Positions 16,679 to 27,337 of a DNA stretch of 64,000 nt are shown here, one piece after another (position 1 is the stretch's first letter; each line of letters opens with the position of its first letter). The notes below the pieces were generated by a model. It was given only the letters and a program-made list of their open reading frames with translations, was not told the DNA's origin and searched no databases. The stretch comes from Bacteroidales bacterium (GTDB lineage Bacteria; Bacteroidota; Bacteroidia; Bacteroidales; UBA932): NCBI GenBank assembly GCA_017443845.1, contig JAFSXX010000048.1, positions 5,823 through 69,822 on the forward strand, given 5' to 3'. The position numbers and the translations under genes are program-made.

Positions 16679-19396
16679 ATGCAGGAAGAACTCTCTGTGA
16701 AGTACGACCCCTCACGCGTTGAGGACAGGTGGTACGCATACTGGATTGACCATAAATTCTTTCATTCCGAGCCTGACGGCCGTGAGCCATACACGATAGT
16801 TATCCCGCCGCCCAATGTGACGGGAGTGCTCCATATGGGCCACATGATGAACAACACCCTTCAGGATGTCCTCATCCGCCGTGCCAGGATGACCGGCAAG
16901 AACGCCCTCTGGGTGCCCGGAACCGACCACGCATCCATCGCCACCGAAGCCAAGGTCGTCGGCAAACTGGCCACTATGGGCATCAAAAAACGTGACCTGA
17001 CCCGCGAGGAATTCCTCAAGTACGCCTGGGAGTGGAAAGAGGAGCACGGAGGCATAATCCTCAAGCAGCTGCGCCGTCTTGGAACCAGCTGCGACTGGGA
17101 CCGCACCGCCTTCACTATGGATGAGGTCCGCAGCGCCGCCGTTATGAAAGTCTTCGTGGACCTTTACCGCAAAGGCCTTATCTACCGCGGACTGAGGATG
17201 GTCAACTGGGATCCCAAGGCGCAGACCGTGCTCTCGACAGAGGAGGTTGTCTATCACGAGGAGAAATCCAAACTCTTCTACCTGAGATATTATGTGGCCG
17301 ATGCCGACACCAACCCCGTGAAGCCCACCGGCGAGGAGGGAGAGGTGCTGCACCGCGACGAAGAGGGACGCTACTATGCAGTGGTGGCCACCACCCGTCC
17401 CGAGACTATAATGGGCGATACCGCTATGTGTATCAACCCCAAGGACCCCAAGAACCAGTGGCTGCGCGGCCACAAGGTCACCGTTCCCCTCGTGGGCCGC
17501 GTGATCCCCGTCATCGAGGACCGCTATGTCGATATCGAATTCGGTACCGGCTGCCTCAAGGTGACCCCGGCTCACGACGTCAATGACTACGCCCTCGGAA
17601 AGGCCCACAACCTCGATACCATCGATATCTTCAACCCCGACGGAACCCTCTCGGAGGCGGCCGGACTCTATGTCGGCCTCGACCGTATGGTGGTCCGCAA
17701 GCAGATATCCAAGGACCTGGAGGCCGCCGGCCTGATGGAGAAGGTGGAGGATTACGACAACAAGGTGGGCTATTCGGAGCGCAACCCCGATACCGCCGTG
17801 GAGCCCCGCCTCTGCAAGCAGTGGTTCCTGAGCATGAAGCACTTTGCCGACATCGCGCTGCCTCCCGTGCTCGAGGGCAAGATCAAATTCCACCCTTCGA
17901 AATATGTTTCGACCTACCGCGCATGGCTCGAGAATATCCAGGACTGGTGCATCAGCCGCCAGCTCTGGTGGGGACACCGCATTCCGGCTTGGTTCCTTCC
18001 CGTGGCCGAGGGAGAGGAGGAGAAATTCGTAGTGGCGCTCTCCGAAGAGGAGGCTCTCGCCGAGGCACGCAAGATCAAGGGCTTCGAGAACATCGGGGCC
18101 GGAGACCTTGTACGCGACGAGGATGCGCTCGACACCTGGTTCTCCAGCTGGCTCTGGCCTATCAGCCTTTTCGACGGCATAGAACATCCCGACAACCCCG
18201 AGATCAAGTATTACTATCCTACCAACGACCTTGTTACAGGCCCCGATATCATATTCTTCTGGGTCGCGAGGATGATTATGGCGGGCGAGGAGTATATGAA
18301 GGACGTTCCGTTCAGGAATGTCTATTTCACCGGAATCGTCCGCGACAAGCTCGGCCGTAAGATGAGCAAGCAGCTGGGCAACTCCCCGGATCCTATCGGA
18401 CTTATCGAGAAATATGGCGCCGACGGCGTCAGGCTCGGCATTCTGCTCTGCACCTCGGCGGGCAACGATATCCTCTTCGACGAGACCCAGGTCGAGCAGG
18501 GACGCAATTTCTCCAACAAGATATGGAACGCCTTCCGCCTTGTCAAGGGGTGGAACACCGCTGATGTCGCGCAGTCGGATGAGTGCCGCGTGGCGGTAGA
18601 ATGGTTCAACGCCAAACTCTCGGCGACCATCGAATCGGTGGACCGCGACTTCTCCAACTTCCGTATCAACGACGCCGTGATGGCTGTCTATAAACTCTTC
18701 TGGGACGACTTCTGCTCGTGGTATCTCGAGCTTGTCAAGCCCGGCTTCGAGAACGGAGTTCAGCGCCCGTTGGACAAGGCTACCTATGATGCTACCATCG
18801 GCTTCTTCGATTCGCTGCTCAAGATGCTCCATCCCGTGATGCCTTTCATCACCGAGGAGCTCTGGCAGAGCATCGAGCCCAGGAAAGAGGGCGAAACGAT
18901 TATGTTGCAGCAGATGCCCAAGGCCGGGAAATACGAACAGGCGGCCATCGATTCCTTCGGAGTCGCATCCGAGGCTGTCGTTGCGATCCGCGCCATCCGC
19001 CAGGGCAAGAACATCCCTCCCAAGGAGGCTCTCAAACTCCAGGTCAAGGGTACTCTTCCGGAGTCCGCCGTACCCGTGGTCCGCAAGATGGCCAATATCT
19101 CGGAAATCACTTCCGTGGAAGGCTTCGAAGGCGGTGCAGGCCAGGCCTTTATGGTGGGCACTCTCGAATTCAACGTGCCCCTCGAGGGAATGGTGAACGT
19201 GGAGGAGGAGAGGGCAAAGATCCTTGCCGAGATCCAGCGTTACGAAGGCTTCCTCCGCGGTGTCAACGCCAAACTCTCGAATGAGAAATTCGTGGCCAAC
19301 GCTCCCGCGCAGGTGGTCGAGCTCGAGCGCAAGAAGCTCTCCGACGCTACCACCAAGATCGAGAACCTCAAAGAAAGACTTAACACACTCAAATAG
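16679..19396 (+). CDS. valS: Valine--tRNA ligase
   Basis: Class I aaRS with the HMGH (HIGH) signature, [10 protein letters not shown] (KMSKS) and a C-terminal coiled coil. The start is set at the [14 protein letters not shown] at 16679. Confidence 0.97.
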   Translation: MQEELSVKYDPSRVEDRWYAYWIDHKFFHSEPDGREPYTIVIPPPNVTGVLHMGHMMNNTLQDVLIRRARMTGKNALWVPGTDHASIATEAKVVGKLATMGIKKRDLTREEFLKYAWEWKEEHGGIILKQLRRLGTSCDWDRTAFTMDEVRSAAVMKVFVDLYRKGLIYRGLRMVNWDPKAQTVLSTEEVVYHEEKSKLFYLRYYVADADTNPVKPTGEEGEVLHRDEEGRYYAVVATTRPETIMGDTAMCINPKDPKNQWLRGHKVTVPLVGRVIPVIEDRYVDIEFGTGCLKVTPAHDVNDYALGKAHNLDTIDIFNPDGTLSEAAGLYVGLDRMVVRKQISKDLEAAGLMEKVEDYDNKVGYSERNPDTAVEPRLCKQWFLSMKHFADIALPPVLEGKIKFHPSKYVSTYRAWLENIQDWCISRQLWWGHRIPAWFLPVAEGEEEKFVVALSEEEALAEARKIKGFENIGAGDLVRDEDALDTWFSSWLWPISLFDGIEHPDNPEIKYYYPTNDLVTGPDIIFFWVARMIMAGEEYMKDVPFRNVYFTGIVRDKLGRKMSKQLGNSPDPIGLIEKYGADGVRLGILLCTSAGNDILFDETQVEQGRNFSNKIWNAFRLVKGWNTADVAQSDECRVAVEWFNAKLSATIESVDRDFSNFRINDAVMAVYKLFWDDFCSWYLELVKPGFENGVQRPLDKATYDATIGFFDSLLKMLHPVMPFITEELWQSIEPRKEGETIMLQQMPKAGKYEQAAIDSFGVASEAVVAIRAIRQGKNIPPKEALKLQVKGTLPESAVPVVRKMANISEITSVEGFEGGAGQAFMVGTLEFNVPLEGMVNVEEERAKILAEIQRYEGFLRGVNAKLSNEKFVANAPAQVVELERKKLSDATTKIENLKERLNTLK

Positions 19397-19397
19397 T

Positions 19398-19628
19398 ATG
19401 AAAGCGTTGTTTATTTACCCGCTGGCAATCCAGGGCTGGGAATGGATCATCCTCCTGGTACTGGTGCTCCTGCTCTTCGGCGGCAAGAAGATTCCCGAGT
19501 TGATGAAGGGCGTTGGCAAAGGCGTCAAGAGTTTCAAAGAAGGAATGAAGGAGGTCGAGAAGGATGTCGATGACATCCGCAAGGATATCGAGACCTCCGA
19601 CGACAAGAAAGAACCCGAGGCAAAATAG
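19398..19628 (+). CDS. tatA: Twin-arginine translocase subunit TatA/E
   Basis: 76 aa. The N-terminal TM segment [34 protein letters not shown] is followed by an acidic/Lys tail. It lies directly upstream of tatC. Confidence 0.85.
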   Translation: MKALFIYPLAIQGWEWIILLVLVLLLFGGKKIPELMKGVGKGVKSFKEGMKEVEKDVDDIRKDIETSDDKKEPEAK

Positions 19629-19634
19629 CCCGCG

Positions 19635-20414
19635 ATGGCCGAGGCTTCGAAGGAGATGACTTTCTGGGATCACCTCGATGTGCTCAGAGGTGGTTTGATA
19701 CGCTCGCTGCTCGCCCTGGCTGCAGTGAGCGTAGTCCTCTTTTTTTTCAAGTCGTTCATATTCGACGGAATTATCCTCGCCCCGACCCGCAGCGATTTCA
19801 TTCTCTACCGCCTGCTGGGTATTGATGTGAGCCTCGACATCATAAACATAGATGTTACGGCGCAGTTCATCACCCATATGAAGGTGACTTTCATCTGTGC
19901 GGTGGTGCTTTGCTGCCCCTATCTGATATTCGAGATATGGCGTTTTATCGCTCCGGCGCTCTATAAGCAGGAGAAACGCGCGGTGGGAGGGGCCTTCCTC
20001 TTCGCATCGGGCCTTTTCTATGCCGGGGTGCTGGTCGGCTATTTCGTGGTATTGCCCCTGATGGTCAATTTCTTCCAGGGATACAAGGTCAGCGAGGCGG
20101 TGCACAATTCGATATCGCTGACATCCTATATGTCCACGGTCTATTCCACCGTACTGCTCTTCGGGCTGGTCTTCGAGTTTCCGGTGCTCATAGCGCTGCT
20201 TTCGAAGCTCGGATTGGTCACCAAGAAGATGCTCCGTCGCGGCTGGAGGATAGCCGTGGTATCCGTGGTGACCCTCGCGGCCCTCATAACCCCTTCGGGC
20301 GATCCTTTCTCGCTCTGCGTGGTCTCGGTGCCGCTTTTCCTGCTGTATCTGCTGAGCGTCGCGATATGCAAGGACGCCCCGCAGGAGATTGAAGAGGAGG
20401 TGGCCGCGGTATGA
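19635..20414 (+). CDS. tatC: Twin-arginine translocase subunit TatC
   Basis: MTFWDHLDVLR start, six predicted TM segments and TPSGDPFS near the C-terminus are typical of TatC. Confidence 0.9.
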   Translation: MAEASKEMTFWDHLDVLRGGLIRSLLALAAVSVVLFFFKSFIFDGIILAPTRSDFILYRLLGIDVSLDIINIDVTAQFITHMKVTFICAVVLCCPYLIFEIWRFIAPALYKQEKRAVGGAFLFASGLFYAGVLVGYFVVLPLMVNFFQGYKVSEAVHNSISLTSYMSTVYSTVLLFGLVFEFPVLIALLSKLGLVTKKMLRRGWRIAVVSVVTLAALITPSGDPFSLCVVSVPLFLLYLLSVAICKDAPQEIEEEVAAV

Positions 20415-22519
20415 TTTCGATCAACGACCTGACGGTGGCTTTCGGCGGCTTCACGCTGCTGGACAATATCAATTTCCATATCAACGACCGCGACCGGATC
20501 GGCCTGGTGGGCAAGAACGGCGCTGGCAAATCGACTCTGCTGAAGCTTATCGTCGGGATCCAGAATCCCACTTCGGGCCGCGTCTTGAAGCCTTCGGAAA
20601 TCAAGCTCGGATATCTTCCCCAGATTATGGAGCACTCCAAGGGACGCACCGTCCTCGAGGAGACTATGACGGCTTTCGACGATCTGCGCAAGCTGAATGA
20701 GAGGATGGATGCCATTTCGGCCGAGCTGGCTTCGCGTACCGATTATGAGTCGGCCGCTTATCACAGGCTGATGGTGGAGCTCAATGAGGTGAGCGATGCC
20801 ATTTCGCTGGAGGGGAGTGAGCCTCCCCAGATGCAGGCGGAGCGTACTCTCGCCGGCCTGGGATTCCGCAAGGATGAGCTCGGGCGTCGTACCGAGACTT
20901 TCAGCCAGGGGTGGAATATGCGTATCGAGCTGGCAAAAATCCTTCTTAGAAAGCCGGATGTCCTGTTGCTCGACGAGCCTACCAATCATCTTGATATCGA
21001 GTCTATCCAGTGGCTCGAGGATTATCTGCAGGAGTTCCGGGGGGCGTTGGTGTTGATTTCGCACGACAGGCGTTTCCTGGATAATTGTACCGATCGGACT
21101 GTGGAGATTATGCTGGGGCACGTGTATGATTATAAGGTGCCTTATTCGAAGTATGTGGAGTTGCGCAAGGAGCGTATCGCGCAGCAGAAGGCGGCTTATG
21201 AGAATCAGCAGAGGATGATTGAGAAGACGGAGGATTTTATCGAGAGGTTCAGGTATAAGGCTACCAAGAGTAATCAGGTTCAGAGCCGTATCAAGCAGTT
21301 GAATAGGCTGGAGCGTATTGAGATCGATGAGGAGGATTTGTCGCATATGACGGTTAAGTTTCCTCCGGCTCCGCGGTCCGGGGATGTGGCGTTTTGGGTT
21401 AAAGATGCTACTATCGGATATGCTGATGGAGAGGGCTATGATGCTTTGCTTGACAACGATGAACGCTCCGCGGCTCCGGTTCCATCAGAGCGCTCCGCTG
21501 CTCTGGTTCCCGCTTCGGAGGGCAGGAAGAATGCCCTCCGGAGCGGGAACGCACCCGCTGCTGCGCGCTATGGACAGAGTGAGGGTGTTAAGATTGTTCT
21601 GCGGGATGCTAATCTTATTGTAAAGAGGGGGGAGAAGGTGGCTTTTGTGGGGCGGAACGGAGAGGGTAAGACTACTATGATGAGGGTGTTGATGGGAGAG
21701 CTGGAGCCGTTTGCCGGTGAGGCTAAAGTGGGGCATAACGTCAATGTGGGGTATTTCGCGCAGAATCAGGAGGATGTGCTGGTCAAGAGCGATACCGTCT
21801 ATGATACTCTCGACAAGGTGGCGGTGGGTGAGATCCGTACTAAATTGCGTGACATACTGGCGGCTTTCCTCTTCAAGGGGGAGGATATCGACAAGAAGGT
21901 TTCGGTGCTCAGCGGCGGCGAGCGTTCGCGTCTCGCGATGGCGCGCCTTATGCTGAATCCCTATAATCTGCTGGCGCTCGACGAGCCTACCAATCATATG
22001 GATATCCGGTCGAAGGATATTCTCAAGCAGGCGCTCAAGGCCTATGACGGGACCCTTATAGTGGTTTCGCACGACCGCGATTTCCTAGACGGGCTGGTGG
22101 AGAAGGTCTATGAGTTCGGCGACGGAAAGGTGAGGGAGCATCTGGGCGGGGTGGATGAGTTCCTGCGCAGGAAGAAGGTGGAGAGTTTCCGGGAGTTCGA
22201 GATCAAGGCTTCGGCAGTGCCTGAGCCGCCGAAAGCGGCGCCCGATGAGTCGAAGGAGAAGCCGCAGCAGGCTCCCTCCGGAGGCAAGGCCTCCTATCAG
22301 CAGGGAAAGGCTGCATCCCGCGAGGAGAAGAAGCGGGCCAACCGCAAGAACAGCCTCGAGAAGCAGATTGAGGAACTCGAGAAGAAAATGAAAGAGGTGG
22401 AGAACGAGCTTTCGGCTCCCACCGATAAAACCGATATTATGGAACTTACGCGCCAGTATCTCGAATTCAAGCGGGATATGGACGCAAAAATGGAGGAGTG
22501 GATCTCACTCGAAGACTGA
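20411..22519 (+). CDS. ABC-F family ATPase (two ABC domains, no TM; Uup/YbiT-like) with Lys/Glu-rich C-terminal coiled coil
   Basis: Two Walker A motifs (GKNGAGKST, GRNGEGKTT), two signature motifs (FSQGW, LSGGERSR) and two LLLDEPTNHLD-type Walker B motifs. It overlaps tatC by 4 nt (ATGA). Confidence 0.9.
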   Translation: MISINDLTVAFGGFTLLDNINFHINDRDRIGLVGKNGAGKSTLLKLIVGIQNPTSGRVLKPSEIKLGYLPQIMEHSKGRTVLEETMTAFDDLRKLNERMDAISAELASRTDYESAAYHRLMVELNEVSDAISLEGSEPPQMQAERTLAGLGFRKDELGRRTETFSQGWNMRIELAKILLRKPDVLLLDEPTNHLDIESIQWLEDYLQEFRGALVLISHDRRFLDNCTDRTVEIMLGHVYDYKVPYSKYVELRKERIAQQKAAYENQQRMIEKTEDFIERFRYKATKSNQVQSRIKQLNRLERIEIDEEDLSHMTVKFPPAPRSGDVAFWVKDATIGYADGEGYDALLDNDERSAAPVPSERSAALVPASEGRKNALRSGNAPAAARYGQSEGVKIVLRDANLIVKRGEKVAFVGRNGEGKTTMMRVLMGELEPFAGEAKVGHNVNVGYFAQNQEDVLVKSDTVYDTLDKVAVGEIRTKLRDILAAFLFKGEDIDKKVSVLSGGERSRLAMARLMLNPYNLLALDEPTNHMDIRSKDILKQALKAYDGTLIVVSHDRDFLDGLVEKVYEFGDGKVREHLGGVDEFLRRKKVESFREFEIKASAVPEPPKAAPDESKEKPQQAPSGGKASYQQGKAASREEKKRANRKNSLEKQIEELEKKMKEVENELSAPTDKTDIMELTRQYLEFKRDMDAKMEEWISLED

Positions 22520-23259
22520 TGGACGAGAAACAGAGTTATTACCTTTTCGGGATGCACCCCGTGACGGTGGCCGTTGAGACAGGCCGCAAATTCGAAAAGA
22601 TCCTTCTGAAGAAGGGTATGGAATCGCCGCAGGCGCTTCATCTGCGCGAGCTTGCCGCCGAGCGCGGCATCCCTTGCCAGGAGGTACCCGTGGAGAAGCT
22701 CAACCGCACCGTACGCGGAGCGCATCAGGGAGTGGTGGCATTCCTCTCCCAGATAGACTATGTCCCGTTCGAGGAGATGGTCGAGGGGGCTCTCAACCGC
22801 AAGGCCAATCCGCTGTTCCTGCTCCTGGACGGGGTGAGCGATGTCCGCAACCTCGGAGCGATCGCCCGCAGCGCGGAGTGCGCCGGAGTGGATGGCATCG
22901 TGGTGCCCGTCAAGGGTACGGCGGCCATTAATCCCGACGCTGTCAAGACCTCCGCGGGGGCGCTGTTGAGGATTCCGGTGGCCAAGGTGGCCAACCTCCG
23001 CAGCGCGCTCTACTATTTCCGCGATTCGGAGTTTCAGATTGTGGCCTGCAGCGAGAAGGCGGAGGACGATATGTACGATGTCAATCTCCGCAAGGCCTCG
23101 GTCCTGGTCATGGGGTCGGAGGGCAGCGGCATTTCGGAGCCGGTGCTCAGCCTCTGCACCGTCGGGGCCAGGATTCCGATGAGCGGCGAGACCGGCTCGC
23201 TCAACGTGTCGGTGGCTGCGGCGCTGATAATGTTTGAAGCTGTAAGGCAAAGAATGTAG
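22519..23259 (+). CDS. rlmB: 23S rRNA (guanosine-2'-O)-methyltransferase RlmB-like (SpoU family)
   Basis: YLFGMHPV start region and SpoU motifs (DGVSDVRNLGAIARSAECAG, VLVMGSEGSGIS, GSLNVSVAAALIMFE). Its ATG shares one nucleotide (22519) with the ABC-F TGA stop (TGATG). Confidence 0.85.
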   Translation: MDEKQSYYLFGMHPVTVAVETGRKFEKILLKKGMESPQALHLRELAAERGIPCQEVPVEKLNRTVRGAHQGVVAFLSQIDYVPFEEMVEGALNRKANPLFLLLDGVSDVRNLGAIARSAECAGVDGIVVPVKGTAAINPDAVKTSAGALLRIPVAKVANLRSALYYFRDSEFQIVACSEKAEDDMYDVNLRKASVLVMGSEGSGISEPVLSLCTVGARIPMSGETGSLNVSVAAALIMFEAVRQRM

Positions 23260-23260
23260 G

Positions 23261-24823
23261 ATGGCTGTGGGCGGCGCATACGAGAGGACTTCCAAGAGCC
23301 TGAAGAACAGCCAGGTGGCTATAGTCATCCAGATTCTCTCGCTCATCGTGGGGTTCATATCCAGGAAAATCTTCCTGGATTACCTCGGTACGGAGGTGCT
23401 CGGCCTCAATACCACCGCCACCAGTATCCTCAATTTCCTGAACATTGCTGAGCTGGGCATAAGTTCGGCGATCGCCGTCACGCTCTATAAACCCATCTAC
23501 GATGGCGACCGGAAGACCATCCGGGAGATCGTGGCCCTCCAGGGCTGGCTGTACAAGCGGGTCGCCTTCTTCATAATCGCGGCGAGCCTGGTCCTGGTGC
23601 CTTTCTTCCCCAGGATATTCTCCAAGATGGAGCTCCCGATGTGGTACGCCTACGCCTCGTTCGGAGTCTTGCTGTTCAGCTCGCTGCTGGGATACTTCGT
23701 CAACTACAAGCAGGTGATGCTCGCGGCCGACCAGAAGGATTTCAAGATTCAGATAAGCTACCGCCTCGTGATGATCGCGAAGGTTCTCTTCCAGATCCTC
23801 GCGGTGCGCTTCCTGGCCAATCCCTATGTCTGGTGGCTGATTCTCGAGGCCCTCTTCGCCGTGGTCGCGGCCCTGACTCTCAACAGGACCATCTATCGCG
23901 ACTACCCCTATATGCGCGAGAAGTGCGCGGTGGACCGCGAACTGAGGCTCAGGTATCCTGACGTCATCACCAAGGTGAAGCAGCTCTTCGTGCACAAGAT
24001 CGGCTCCTTCGCCGCGCTGCAGTCGCTGCCGATATTCATCTACGCATTCACCTCCCTGACGGTGGTTGCCCTCTACGGCAACTATATGATTTTGTTCAAC
24101 AGCCTCCAGGCGTTGCTGCTGGCCCTCTTTACCAGTATTACCGCGAGTGTGGGCAATATGATAGCGGAGGGGGACCGCGGCCTTATCTTGAAGGTGTTCA
24201 GGGAGTTGTTCGCGTCGCGTTTCTTCCTTGTGGTATTCTGCGCCTACGGGATGCTCTTTCTGAGCGGGCCGTTCGTGACGCTGTGGCTGGGGCCCGAATA
24301 TGTCCTGTCGGGGCGCACATTGTGGCTGATGGTGATCCTCTTTTTCCTCAATAACCTGCGCACCGTAGTGGATATTTTCATCAACGCTTACGGCATATTC
24401 GAGGATATCTGGGCCCCGATTGCGGAGGCGGTGATTTTCGTAATCTGCGCCATAATCCTCGGACGTCTCTACGGCCTTGACGGGGTGCTGATGGCGCAGG
24501 GTATCGAGCTGATACTCATCGTCTTTATCTGGAAACCGTTCTTCCTCTTCACCCACGGAATGAACCGCGGTGCGGCCTCTTATTTCAAGCTGTTCTTCAA
24601 GCTCCTGGCCGTATCTGCCGCTGTGTTCGCCATTGGATGCTATCTCGCTTCGCTGATAAAGATTGACGCCGCCGCCGGTATATGGCCTTTCCTCGGATAC
24701 GCGGCGATTATATGCGCGATCTTCGCGCTGATCCTTTTCGCCGCCCTCTATGTCGCCGAGAGCGGAATGAGGACTTTCGTCGAGAGGATCTTCAGAATGA
24801 GTTTCCGCAGACGGAACGGATAA
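23261..24823 (+). CDS. wzx: Polysaccharide flippase (Wzx / MOP-superfamily oligosaccharide flippase)
   Basis: 520 aa with about 14 hydrophobic segments. N-terminal SLKNSQVAIVIQILSLIVGFISRKIFLDYLGTEVLGLN is typical of the polysaccharide biosynthesis protein family. It is the first gene of the EPS locus. Confidence 0.75.
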   Translation: MAVGGAYERTSKSLKNSQVAIVIQILSLIVGFISRKIFLDYLGTEVLGLNTTATSILNFLNIAELGISSAIAVTLYKPIYDGDRKTIREIVALQGWLYKRVAFFIIAASLVLVPFFPRIFSKMELPMWYAYASFGVLLFSSLLGYFVNYKQVMLAADQKDFKIQISYRLVMIAKVLFQILAVRFLANPYVWWLILEALFAVVAALTLNRTIYRDYPYMREKCAVDRELRLRYPDVITKVKQLFVHKIGSFAALQSLPIFIYAFTSLTVVALYGNYMILFNSLQALLLALFTSITASVGNMIAEGDRGLILKVFRELFASRFFLVVFCAYGMLFLSGPFVTLWLGPEYVLSGRTLWLMVILFFLNNLRTVVDIFINAYGIFEDIWAPIAEAVIFVICAIILGRLYGLDGVLMAQGIELILIVFIWKPFFLFTHGMNRGAASYFKLFFKLLAVSAAVFAIGCYLASLIKIDAAAGIWPFLGYAAIICAIFALILFAALYVAESGMRTFVERIFRMSFRRRNG

Positions 24824-25901
24824 GTTCCATAAAGCATCGGGCCTGATGCTTCGGAGAGTAGGCTTCGGCGAAGGTCTGCCTTATCTCTTCGGTCTTGATG
24901 TAATCCCGGTATTGCAGCACGTAGAGGATTTTGTCGGCCAGGGCCGACTCGTCGAGGGCGGGTGAGTAATATGTTACAAGCCCTTTCGTCGATTCCACGA
25001 GGGTGGGGAGGGCGTTGCAGATGACCGGAACGCCGGCCAGCGCCGCTTCGATGGGAGTGGCGCCGAATCCCTCCATCATCGAGGGGGAGACGAACAGGTC
25101 TGCATTTACGTAGAGACGGTCGATCTCCTCCTGGCTGAGCAGGGCGTCGTTGACTTCGATGCGCCCTTCGAGGCCGTGGGAGCGGATATACGGGAGGGCG
25201 ACGTCGTTCCAATACTGCGTGCGCTTTCCCTTGAATACAAGATTGTGAGGGATCTGGTCTTTGAGCAGTTCGAATGCCCTGATGAGGGTCATCGGGTTCT
25301 TGTGCTCGATTATGGTGTTGACATCCAGGATGTAAGGCGGATTTACGGCCTCCCTGGCGGAAGGGTCGGCGGTCGATATGACGCTCACGTAGATTACCTC
25401 GGCCGGAGTCCTTATGCCGCCGATGGCGCGGATGGCGTCGCGGGCGTTCTCGGATATGGTGACTATCCTTTCGAGCCGGTTGCAGGCGGCTATGGCTCCG
25501 ATGCGGAAGCGCAGCCTCAGCAGGGGATTCTCCTGATGGAACAGTTTTGTGTCGTGGATTACCCCGATGCAGGGGATCCGCCTGGAGTAGAGCGAGCGGT
25601 CGTAGATGTAGGGGGAGAGCAGCAGATCCGCGCCTTCGGATTTCAGGATCCTCTCCACCTTGCGGCGCATGAGCGGCCCGCGGGTGAAGGGAAGGTAGGG
25701 GAGTGAGCGGGTCCGGATTGGGATGGTCCGGAATCCTTCCGTCCGGTGCGCGTATCCCTGTTCGAATCCCGCCTCGGAGAGCAGTATCACAGAGTCGGCC
25801 AGGCCGTTCTCGCGGAAGCCCTGCAATAACTTGAAAGCAAAGTTCGCCAGACCGGTGGCGTATTCCTCCCTGATGTATGTCAGATCTACAGCTATTTTCA
25901 T
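24792..25901 (-). CDS. Glycosyltransferase family 4 (GT-B)
   Basis: MKIAVDLTYI start and C-terminal VSPSMMEGFGATPIEAALAGVPVI (E-x7-E region). It converges on wzx with a 32-bp 3' overlap. Confidence 0.85.
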   Translation of the reverse strand: MKIAVDLTYIREEYATGLANFAFKLLQGFRENGLADSVILLSEAGFEQGYAHRTEGFRTIPIRTRSLPYLPFTRGPLMRRKVERILKSEGADLLLSPYIYDRSLYSRRIPCIGVIHDTKLFHQENPLLRLRFRIGAIAACNRLERIVTISENARDAIRAIGGIRTPAEVIYVSVISTADPSAREAVNPPYILDVNTIIEHKNPMTLIRAFELLKDQIPHNLVFKGKRTQYWNDVALPYIRSHGLEGRIEVNDALLSQEEIDRLYVNADLFVSPSMMEGFGATPIEAALAGVPVICNALPTLVESTKGLVTYYSPALDESALADKILYVLQYRDYIKTEEIRQTFAEAYSPKHQARCFMELIRSVCGNSF

Positions 25902-25935
25902 AATGCAAATATAGTAAATAGATAATCGCTTTGGA

Positions 25936-26063
25936 GGGATCCTTGAGTCTCCGCGCTGCCCCATTCCGGAAAGACCCTCCCACGGCTTCGCCGCGGGCCC
26001 CTCCCCGTGGGCCGGGGACGCACACTTTCCGGAACGGGGCAGCGACTGCGACTTAAGGATCCC
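25936..26063. repeat. GC-rich long inverted-repeat element in the divergent GT4/GT4 intergenic region
   Basis: Arm 25936-25973 pairs with 26025-26063. This includes GGGATCCTT.AGTC and GCTGCCCC.TTCCGGAAAG, with an unpaired middle. The 51-nt loop, read in reverse, resembles the loop of the 48.6 kb element (GGAGGGGCCC.CG..GAAG..GGGAGGG). Confidence 0.7.
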
Positions 26064-26118
26064 GTTCCGATGCTAATTCAGAAAGAAATTGTATATTTAC
26101 ATTTTAATTGGGAATAGT

Positions 26119-27336
26119 ATGAACATACTCTTTGTCACGGAAAACGAAATAAGCCAGCAGCTGGGCGGGACGGACAGGATAACGATTACCCTTTCCGACG
26201 AGTTCAGCCGCAGGGGGCACCGCTGTTACCTTGCCTTCTGCCGCAATTCCGACCATCCTGACAAGTGCAGCTTCGTCGATACGGTACTTCTCAGGGATTC
26301 CCAGGAGAGCGAGCAGATTACAGATCTGCTGCAGATAGCCCTCATAGATATCGTTGTCTGCAATCTCGTGGACATCAATTACAAGCGCCGCATACTGCCG
26401 CTTCTCTACAATGCCACCCGCGGCACCCGTGCAAAGGTCGTAGCCTGTTATCACGCGATGCCTGGCGAGGACCTTCTCGGCAACCGGATCGACAATATCT
26501 TCTACCGCATCCGCACCAAGGGCAACCTGGGCCGCAACCTCAAGGACCTGGCCCTCGCGATACTTCCTTCCAATCTTATCAGGACCCTGTTCCGCAAGAA
26601 GATAGAGGCCAAGTACCGGCTTATGTATGACTGTTCCGACCTGCTGGTGCTCCATACCCCCGAGGCCTGCGCGCAGTATGCCGAAATCGCGGGTCTGCCT
26701 CTTGATAAGAAGTTCGAGGCTGTGGGCAGCGCGCTTTCGTACGACACCTTCCTCGATGAGGCCGCCCTGGCCTCGAAGCGCAAGGAGGTCCTTATCGTCT
26801 CGCGTATGGACGAGAAGTCCAAGCGCCTCTCTTTCGCGCTGCGCGTCTGGCGTCTCATAAACGAGAGTGGAAAGTACGACGACTGGAATCTCCGGATTGT
26901 CGGCGGAGGCAGCGACCTCAATTACTATATCAGGATGTCGGACCGTCTCGGGCTTGAGAACATAACGTTCGAGGGCAGGGTCGCGGACGTGGCGAAATAT
27001 TATCGCGAAGCCTCTATATTCATGCTTACCTCGGCTTACGAGGGGTGGGCCCTCACCCTGACCGAATCGCAGCAGTTCGGGGTCGTTCCGGTGGCGCTGG
27101 ATTCGTATGTCTCGCTGCCGGCGATCATAGAGAACCACAAGACGGGAATCATCGTTCCCGACAACGACCTGCGCGGCTATGCCAACGAGGTGATGTGGCT
27201 GATGGGCAACGACGTGGCCAGGGAGAAACTGGCGCGCAACGGACTTGTTTCGTGCCGCCGCTTTACGAAGGAGAAGATTGCAGACAGGTGGCTTTCGCTC
27301 TTCGCTGATTTACTTGAAAACAAAACAGAGCAATAA
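26119..27336 (+). CDS. Glycosyltransferase family 4 (GT-B)
   Basis: MNILFVTENEISQQLGGTDRI start and C-terminal MLTSAYEGWALTLTESQQFGVVPV (E-x7-E). Confidence 0.85.
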   Translation: MNILFVTENEISQQLGGTDRITITLSDEFSRRGHRCYLAFCRNSDHPDKCSFVDTVLLRDSQESEQITDLLQIALIDIVVCNLVDINYKRRILPLLYNATRGTRAKVVACYHAMPGEDLLGNRIDNIFYRIRTKGNLGRNLKDLALAILPSNLIRTLFRKKIEAKYRLMYDCSDLLVLHTPEACAQYAEIAGLPLDKKFEAVGSALSYDTFLDEAALASKRKEVLIVSRMDEKSKRLSFALRVWRLINESGKYDDWNLRIVGGGSDLNYYIRMSDRLGLENITFEGRVADVAKYYREASIFMLTSAYEGWALTLTESQQFGVVPVALDSYVSLPAIIENHKTGIIVPDNDLRGYANEVMWLMGNDVAREKLARNGLVSCRRFTKEKIADRWLSLFADLLENKTEQ

Positions 27337-27337
27337 T

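Noticed and set aside
16712-18832. 706-aa ORF on the minus strand
   Set aside because: It is antisense to valS, whose identity is unambiguous (HIGH/KMSKS motifs). It is a typical long stop-free antisense frame in high-GC DNA.
24748-26025. 425-aa Arg/Pro/Gly-rich ORF overlapping the GT4 gene in another frame
   Set aside because: It is an alternate frame of the well-supported GT4 gene (24792-25901), with extreme Arg/Pro bias and no start context. The same reasoning applies to 49664-50746 (360 aa) inside the amidase-like gene, and to 8402-9022, 11012-11602, 30421-31212 and similar ORFs.
25936-26063. Inverted-repeat-flanked segment in the EPS locus as an invertible (phase-variable) promoter
   Set aside because: The enclosed segment is only 51 nt and GC-rich, with no TAnnTTTG/TTTG promoter elements. 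No recombinase is nearby. Its loop sequence instead links it to the long-hairpin repeat family.
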